NCBI GenBank assembly: GCA_951406725.2
Contig: OX597815.1
Coordinates: 43,772,001-43,836,000 of the forward strand
Source of the DNA: Octopus vulgaris
Lineage: Eukaryota
Direction: 5' to 3'
DNA: 64,000 nucleotides
Notes under the pieces: generated by a model
The model's database searches: none
What the model was told of the DNA's origin: nothing
Seen by the model: only the letters and a program-made list of their open reading frames with translations
In this document: positions 54,873 through 64,000 of the stretch, piece by piece
Position numbering within the stretch: position 1 is the first letter of the stretch
How the letters are laid out: each line of letters starts with the position of its first letter
Program-made: the position numbers and the translations under genes

Positions 54873-54874
54873 AA

Positions 54875-54996
<122 letters not shown>

Positions 54997-54997
54997 G

Positions 54998-55044
<47 letters not shown>

Positions 55045-55097
55045 GTATATATATATATACATACGTATATATATATACATACGTATATATATATACG

Positions 55098-55134
<37 letters not shown>

Positions 55135-55546
55135 TCACACACAGTGAAACGTGTGTATGCGTGTTTGGGGGTGGGTGTATGTGCGTGTGTAGTTGGGATG
55201 TGTTTTCGTACGTCTGTATATCCCCGATAAATTACCCGAAAGATAGGTGGAGGTGACGTTACCCCCGAAAGTTGAAAGCAGGTCGGGTTGCGGTGGAAGT
55301 GAGGTGAGGCTGAAGGGGAAAAACTTTTTAAAAATCCAATCAGCAAAACATGCACATACGTGTCGCAGACCTTTCTTGCCCTGTGTCGATAAGAAGTAGC
55401 ACCCCTCCCCCACCTCTTCCTTAAAAGCAAAAACAAGCAAACAAAACACACCAGCTATATCTATCAACCCACGTTATTAAACATGATCTCACACGTTTGC
55501 TCCTACGACATACGTAAAATAGAGGCGTGCGTGTGAGTGTGCGTGA

Positions 55547-55588
<42 letters not shown>

Positions 55589-55789
55589 CACATACACGTT
55601 CGCGCTCGCACGTACGTTTTTACACACGCACACACACATATATATATAGGGGCAGGAGTGACTGTGTGCTAAGAAGCTTGCTTCTCAACCACATAGTTCC
55701 TGGTTCAGTCCCACTGCGTGGCACTTTGGGCAAGTGTCTTCTATTTTAGCCTCGAGCCGACTAAGTTGTGAGCGGATTTGGTAGACGTC

Positions 55790-55978
<189 letters not shown>

Positions 55979-56082
55979 TAAATAGAGTTAGCTGTGGAAA
56001 CAACCATCTAAGGGATAAGAACATCCGTTCTTATTACGAGTAGCAATTACCTATGTTAACCATGGACATGGGTATGCAAGCA

Positions 56083-56169
<87 letters not shown>

Positions 56170-56539
56170 AAAATACAGTGTATATATATGAATAATATAT
56201 AGTCTATTGACTAATTTTTCTATACGCTATGTCACTGGTAGTAAAAATTTCTAAAATCTTTATTACCGTGATATTATTTATCATATATATATATATATAT
56301 ATATATATACAAACATATACACATACATAACTATATTTTTGTGTGTAGAAGCATAAGTGAAGTGTGTGTGTGTGTGTGTATGAGAGAGAAAGTGTGTGAC
56401 TAATCTGCAGTGAAATAGTCCCGAACCCACCTACCTAAAAACCCACCCACCCTTTCTATCTATACTATACATGCTAATAAACTTACGCTCATATTAATTC
56501 GCATACACACAAACACACATACATAAGCACAACATATAG

Positions 56540-56572
<33 letters not shown>

Positions 56573-57088
56573 GGCCTGCTTCCTTACACCTTAGTCATTC
56601 GACCCAACTTACTTTAGCAATATCTACCTTGACTTGTCTACTTTCTGTAACCCACTCCCAGCCTCACATTAACCCTTTATTTCTCTCCCGGTAAACCCTG
56701 TATGTGTGTGTGTGTGTATGAATAAATATATGTAACTAAATATATATATACATATATACACTAATATACACACAGAGACAAGACAGACAGACACACACAC
56801 ACATATATATATACATATATATACGACGAGCTTCTTTCAGTTTCCTTCTACCAAATCCACTCACAAGGCTTTTGTTGGCCCGAGGTTTTAGTAGAAGACA
56901 CTTGCCCAAGGTGCCACACAACGGGATTGAACCCGGAACCATGTATGTCTCAATCATCGGAGTGCGGTTATGCTGGGGAAGAAGACTCGCAGGGTCGATC
57001 TATCAAATTTTGTTTCTTTTATTACATACCTCTAACGTACGATGTGTGTGTGTATGTATGTATGTATGTATGTATGTATGTATGTATG

Positions 57089-57120
<32 letters not shown>

Positions 57121-57496
57121 CATGCATGTTTGTATGTATTTGTGTTTATGTATCCTATCTGACACACCCCTTTTTTATAACATTAGTGCTTAGGATCTGT
57201 CCCAGTTACACGCTATCAAATTTTGATCTCTACCAGCCTCAGCACCCTAACTAACCAACTAACGAAGGTATATTTACGCGCTCTCTCGATCTGCAGAGAA
57301 AGCAGCCAGATTTCCTGAAATTCCTCCTAAGTTTCCAGAAAAGAAAACCAATAGAAGGTGGGTCGGGAGCAAACATTAGTTAGCGTAATCCTAGATAATC
57401 AAAAAGGCAAGAAGGCCAAGCCTTGGGTACCTTTATACAAGGACTGCTTGATCTGGATTTATCTGATTAAACAACACAACTACCTATGTCACTCAG

Positions 57497-57534
<38 letters not shown>

Positions 57535-57635
57535 CTTCTCTCACTTTCTCTCTTAGACACATCACACTCACACACATACGAAGAGGTTGTTGCATTGATC
57601 TGGACATGCTCGCACACACTCACAAACACACACAC

Positions 57636-57677
<42 letters not shown>

Positions 57678-58019
57678 GCACACCTCCAATCACAAGTAAA
57701 TCTCCCTTCGAATCAGACATTCACGTTTCATAGCCAAAAGGGGATGCATCAAATATGGCTCTCTGGTCCTCGATGCTCCTTCCTGGAAAGGCTGAAAGGT
57801 TGAGTGATTTCGGTGTTGAAACAGGTTCTTTGATCAGAGGTTCGTTTTTCTCGTGTAAAGCTGATTTGAGTCCTAACCAAGCACAACATAGATTTTTTTG
57901 TTCTCTAGTTTCAGCGCAGAGCTGCGGCATATGCTGATGCACCGCCGCTATATACGTAGATACACGCAATTGTTGTTAAAACTTACTTTCACTTGCATGT
58001 CGATATTACTTACTCTGTT

Positions 58020-58560
58020 GAAGGTAGCCTGCTGGCAGAACCGTTCGCACGCTAATATGCTTAGCGGCATTTCGTTCTGATTTCGAATGCTGCTGAAGTT
58101 GACTTTGCCTTTCATCGTTTCCGGATCGATAAAATAAGCACCAATCAAGTACTGGGGTCCATGTAATCGACAAGCCTCTTCCCACAAAATTTCAGGCCTT
58201 GAGCCTATAGTAATAGAATGGATATTACTTACTCCGTTAAGGCGGCGAGCTGGCAGAAATGTTAGCACGCCGGGCGAAATGCTTAGCAGTATTTCGTCTG
58301 CCGTTACATTCTGAGTTCAAATTCCGCCGAGGTCGACTTTACCTTTCATTCTTTCGGGGTCGATAAATTAAGTACCAGTTACGCACTGGGGTCGATATAA
58401 TCGACTTAATCCCTTTGTCTGTCCTTGTTTGTCCCCTCTATGTTTAGCCCCTTGTGGGTAATAAAGAAACAGGTATTTCGTCTGTCTTTACGTTCTGAGT
58501 GCAAAATCCACCGAGGTCGACTTTATCTTATGTCCTTCCGAGTTCCTTAAGATAAGTACC
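58020..58560 (+). mobile_element. Family A SINE cluster (full copy at 58241-58473; others at 59058-59260 + and 59435-59788 -)
   Basis: Matches the family A consensus. Confidence 0.85.
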
Positions 58561-59786
58561 AGTCAATTACCGGGAGTCGATTACATCAACTTCTCACACC
58601 CATCAAAGACTGCTGACCCGGTGCCAAAATTTCAATCCGATATTACTTTGTCCTATTACAATGCATCTGAGCTTATTTATGCATCAAACATTCATTGGGG
58701 TCGAATGAATGTGTAAAACTGCTCAATTTCACAGTTACACTCATGAACAGATTGACCAGTGTTAGAGTATAGTTCTAAAATATATTTATAATGCTGAAAC
58801 ATGTACTGGATAAGGAAATACCGGACCGACTCAAGCGTATTGATTTACACTCAGGGGCGTGCATGGAAATGCATGCAGACACACAGGGTCGTCCCTAGGG
58901 TTCCTGGCGCCCTGGGCAAGCTGAACTTTGGTGTGTACAAGTTGACTGTCGTGGAAATTCTATTGAATGCAATGTATGCAAAGTATGTCTAAATGAATGC
59001 AAATGACAAAATCGGATTCTAATATAGATCTTACATGTTTATGAAAGGCTTCTGGAAGACGGCGAGTTGGCAGAACCGTTAGCACGCCTTACAAAAAGCT
59101 TAGCGCCATTTCGTTTGTCTTTACGTTCTGAGTTCAAATTCCGCTGAGGTCGACGTTTGCCTTTCGTCCTTTCGGGAACGATAAAATATGTACCAGTTGA
59201 GAACTGGAGTCGATGTAATCGACTAGTCCCCACCCCTAAAAATTTCAGGCCTTGTGCCAATAGTGCGCCAGATTTGCTTCAAAACATTTTGCAGCATTCT
59301 TTGAAATGTTTTTGTGATGCCAAATTCAAAGTATTTACTTCGTAAATGAAAAGTAAACAAATAAGAGTTTCACATGCGTGCAATATATATTTATGCAAGC
59401 ATGCACAAGCACCCGCATATCCGTATCATACGCATATTCTTTTCTACTCTAGCTAAGCACAAGGCCCGAAATTTTGGGGGAAGAGGCCAGTCGATTAGAT
59501 CGACCCCAGTACGGTGGAATTTGAACTTAGAACGTAGCGGCAGACGAAATACCTATTTCTTTACTACCCACAAGGGGCTAAATACAGAGAGGACAAACAA
59601 GGACAGACAAGCGGATTAAGTCGATTATATCGACCCCAGTGCGTAACTGGTACTTAATTTATCGATCCCGAAAGGATGAAAAGCAAAGTCGACCTCGGCG
59701 GAATTTGAACTCAGAACGTAACAGCAGACGAAATACCGCTTAGCATTTCGCCCGGGGCCTGCTAACAATTTTGCCAGCTCGTCGCC

Positions 59787-59852
<66 letters not shown>

Positions 59853-59899
59853 CTAGAATAATTAAATGCATGATAATGTGTGCATATCGGCGAAAAAGC

Positions 59900-59981
<82 letters not shown>

Positions 59982-60338
59982 CTGACAGACGTGTAGAGAC
60001 TGAGGTATGTAGAATTAGAGAAAAGCGGAGAAAACTAGTGAATGTTTGCATGAAGTTTGACAATGTGCGTGCGTACATGCGGATTTGGAAACATGCATGA
60101 GTGTGTGCATGTGTGTGTATGTATGTGTGTGTGAGGGATGTATGAGTGAGTGTGTGTGCAAGTGTATACACACACACACGCATATATATATGTATGTATA
60201 TATATATATATTGGTGGTAAGAAACGGCGAGTATTTTGATAAGTAGGGGTTAAAGATCGATAGGACAATAATAAAGTACATGTATTAATTATGGATAAGC
60301 GCTGTCAAAAAGTGAAAGTTTGATAGATAGACAGATAA

Positions 60339-60370
<32 letters not shown>

Positions 60371-60523
60371 GAGGGAGATAGAGACAGAGACGGAGAGAGA
60401 GAGAGAGAAAGGGTGAAAAAGACATGGTCGATGAATTCAAAAGGCAATGAAGAGCGAGCGAAGTTAAAAAGAAAAGGAGAATAAGAGAAGAGAGAGAGGG
60501 AGGGAGGAAGGAGAAAGAATGAG

Positions 60524-60598
<75 letters not shown>

Positions 60599-61151
60599 TT
60601 ACAAGTTGATGCAATGTATACTGGAAAACAAGCAAATAACGATAAGTTAGAGCATAGTGATCTTGAAAGATATATAGTTATATATATACACACGTATGTG
60701 TGTGTGTGTGTGTGTGTAGAAAGAGAGAAAGAAGGGAGAGAAGGTTGGAGAGTGAGGGAGAGAGAGAGGGTGAGGAAAGGTGGCAGGAAGGGGAGATGAC
60801 ACTCATTAGACAGAAAAGAACAGAATTTGAACTGTGACAAGTCGAAACTTGCTTAGGCCTGTATGCTATTTTCGAACGTTACACACCCCCTTAAAAAACA
60901 CAATTACATTTATATATATATAAACACATACACATTCACATACATACACATTCTATATTATTCATCGTGTGTGTGTGTGTGTATACAATACGTACATATG
61001 TACATAAATATATAGCTACGTACGTAATACTTACATATATGCATACGTGCATGCATACATACATACATGCATTCGTACGTGCATATAAATATATATACAT
61101 ACATACACACATATATATATATATACATATATACATATGTTTGTATGTATT

Positions 61152-61182
<31 letters not shown>

Positions 61183-61363
61183 ACATATATATATACACAT
61201 GTGTGTATGTATATATATATATATATATATACATATATATACATATGTGTGTATGTATATATATGTATATATATGTATATATATATATATGTATATATAT
61301 ATATACATATATATATACATATGTGTATATATATATGTATATATATGTATATATATGTATATG

Positions 61364-61471
<108 letters not shown>

Positions 61472-62728
61472 ATATGTATATATACTGTGCGTGTTTTTGC
61501 ATGTATAGCTGGGGTACGTGTGTTATGCACATACATGTTTATAAACACTGTTGTACTGGACAGTTTTAATTTCTACTGCAACGGTGACTACTACTATAAC
61601 AACAACAACAACAATAATTCTTGTTGCATCATATCTTTCTATAACGACTAAACTATGCAATACCTTCGTCAACACATCTATACAATAAGAGAGTAGGGAA
61701 AAAATTAGAGGAGAAAGAGAGAGAAAAGGAAAGGGTGAGAAACTAGAGCAAAAGAAAGGATGAGATTAAAGTTAGTAAGTGGAAGGAATGGTGGGGAGAG
61801 TGAAAGAATTAGAAAAGAGAGAGAGTGAGTAGAATGATAGCAAAAGAAGTGAGAGAGGGGGAGAGAGAAAATGAAATAATTAAAGAGAGTGGGAGTGGGA
61901 GTATGAGAGAGAGAGAGGGAAAGAGTGTGTGTGTATGTGTGTGTGAGCGTGTGTGAGAGAGAGATATACAGAGAGCGAAGTGAAGTGAGAGAGAGAGATA
62001 TAGGCAGAGAGCGAAGCGAAGAGAGAGAGAGAGAAAGACACAGATATAGAGAGGCAAAGAGAGAGAGCGCATATGTGTGTGTGTGTGTGTGTGTTTATTT
62101 AAAAGAGAATTAGGCAGTGGTATAGAAAAAGAGTGAGAGGATGAGTAAATGGAAGAAAATATTAACAGAGAAAGAGAGGGAAAGAGTGAGGGTGAGAGTG
62201 AGATTTTGAAAGAGAAGGGGAAAAGGAAACATAATAAAAGCATCAGAGTGAAGAGAGAAGGGGAGAGAAAGAGTAACATACTAGTAGAGAGGGGTAATGA
62301 AAATGATGGCACCACCCACAGTAGGCGTGGTTTACTGATTAAAATTTGAGGAACGCTCATCACAACATTTATTTCATACGTTGCTTCTCAGCGAAGAAGC
62401 TTGCCACGCAACGAGTACAAGGTAGACAAGAATTATATATAAACATATACGCTAACAATTACGTACTAAATTTTACTATGTACTGCTAATGATTGGAACT
62501 ATTTAACGTCAAATTTATTAACCGAGGAAAAGGAATATATACAATAAATATATATATGTATATTATATATATTTGAAAAGACACCAATTGTAATATATGT
62601 TCTACATACATGCATGTCTGAGCGTATGTTTACAAGTGAAAACAGATAATTTCTCATAGATAGGATTTGATATCTATCTATATGGAAATTTTGACAACTT
62701 TATTTTTTTATTGGTGATTATTTAAACT

Positions 62729-64000
62729 ATGAAGCTAATGGAAGGCGAATGCATTTATACTCCGGCCAGACCTAGCGGTCAGTTTCCGACACCTAATCGC
62801 AGAATGCCACAAACTGTTATTAATACGGGCTCTAGCAGCGGGACCCGCATTGCTGCTCAAATTTTGGATCCTCGCCGTTTGTTAAAGGCTCGCCGAAAAC
62901 TTTTCGATGGTGATTCTGAACCATCATCGGAACTGAATAATCCATCTGGGAAGACGGCGGCGGCAGCAGCGGCAGCTACAGAGAAGTCCGAAATCTGCCA
63001 ACGATTATTAGAAGAATGCCAAAACAAATGGAACTTCGATTTGGTTAATTGTGTACCACTGGAAGGTCGTTACGAATGGGAAAAAATGGAACCAGAAAAT
63101 GTACCAGGATTCTACTCGAGACCTTACACCAACCCCAAACGTCCTGTCCCAAACGTCCGAGAAAGTTATTCTCCAAATATGGTTGCCAATGGAAGTTACA
63201 GTAGAATACGATTCAGGGAAGACAGCCAGTCTAACGAAAGTACTTCTAGCTGCCTTCCTGGTATGGATGTTACAGTGCTTACTAAACTGAACAGCGGTAA
63301 TAACGACAATAACAACAGAAACAACAACATAGCTACCAACAACACTAAAGGTTGTGATCCCAATGATATTTATAATGTCCCTACTGCCTCTATCTCAACT
63401 TCTACTACGACTTGTGAACTGGAAAATACCAACGGTAAACAACAGGATATTACTGACGTGTGTAATGACAACCTTACACACAGCAGTACTTACTCTTGTA
63501 GTAATCGTAGTAGCAGTAGTACTAGTAGTAGTATTAGTAGTAATAATAATAATAATATGGGTAGTAGTATATTGTCTACGACAAACCGACAGAGAGGTAA
63601 GTCACCTCTGTGTTTTTCAGCTTCTGTGAAAAACGTAAACACTAGTAACCTACATGGATCTCACGAACAAGACAGTAATAATGATAATAATATTAACAAC
63701 AACAACAACAACAATAATAATGTTTTCTCTGGAAAGTCTGACACTTGTGATACACTAACCAATAGACTCAGCGAACAGCTGGACAATAAGCAATGTTCGA
63801 ATTTAACGGCAATCGATAAGGCCACCATTTCATTACCGTCATTATCATCGTCATCATCATCGTCCCCTTCCTACTCTTCATCAGCACCATCATCACCATC
63901 ATCTTTATCACCACCATCCTCATCACCACTATCCTCGTATTCTTCTTCTACATTACCTGTATCATCATCATCATCATCGACAACAACAAAATCCTACTCT
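62729..64000 (+). CDS. Cip/Kip family cyclin-dependent kinase inhibitor (CDKN1B/p27/dacapo-like), 3'-partial
   Basis: Manual translation gives an uninterrupted 424-codon frame to the window end, with in-frame TAA at 62723. It contains the cyclin-binding ARRKLF and the CDK-binding QNKWNFDLVNCVPLEGRYEWEKMEPENVPGFYSRPY (cf. p27 KWNFDF..KPLEGKYEW..PEFYYRP). Alternative ATGs lie at 62738 and 62804. Confidence 0.9.
   Translation, partial: MKLMEGECIYTPARPSGQFPTPNRRMPQTVINTGSSSGTRIAAQILDPRRLLKARRKLFDGDSEPSSELNNPSGKTAAAAAAATEKSEICQRLLEECQNKWNFDLVNCVPLEGRYEWEKMEPENVPGFYSRPYTNPKRPVPNVRESYSPNMVANGSYSRIRFREDSQSNESTSSCLPGMDVTVLTKLNSGNNDNNNRNNNIATNNTKGCDPNDIYNVPTASISTSTTTCELENTNGKQQDITDVCNDNLTHSSTYSCSNRSSSSTSSSISSNNNNNMGSSILSTTNRQRGKSPLCFSASVKNVNTSNLHGSHEQDSNNDNNINNNNNNNNNVFSGKSDTCDTLTNRLSEQLDNKQCSNLTAIDKATISLPSLSSSSSSSPSYSSSAPSSPSSLSPPSSSPLSSYSSSTLPVSSSSSSTTTKSYS

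Noticed and set aside
63051-63629. ORF-track entries 63051-63290 and 63354-63629
   Set aside because: These are alternative-frame shadows of the real CDK-inhibitor frame that starts at 62729.

Overview
Repeat-dominated, AT-rich animal genomic DNA with extreme microsatellite density ((TA)n, (CA)n, (GATA)n, (CATA)n, (AAT)n). The repeat landscape suggests a coleoid cephalopod such as octopus, but that is inference. Almost all ORFs in the supplied track are microsatellite or SINE artefacts. The one convincing host gene is a Cip/Kip CDK inhibitor (CDKN1/p27/dacapo-like) starting at 62729 and running off the window end, which the ORF track misses. The rest is tRNA-derived SINEs (three or more families), decayed LINEs (CR1/L2-like, L1/Tx1-like, R2/Hero-like), a decayed Tc1 element, MITEs, a non-autonomous Helitron, two 5S pseudogenes and a tRNA-Thr pseudogene. 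The most notable signal is a ~5.7-copy tandem array of a near-identical ~535-bp non-coding unit (33775-36831). Each unit carries a complete type I hammerhead ribozyme (HHR) and further predicted RNA structure, as expected of a retrozyme or non-autonomous Penelope-like pLTR array. Several unrelated HHR families also occur in the window, some as inverted pairs and most next to (TA)n tracts. All RNA folds were read by eye, not computed, and repeat boundaries are approximate.
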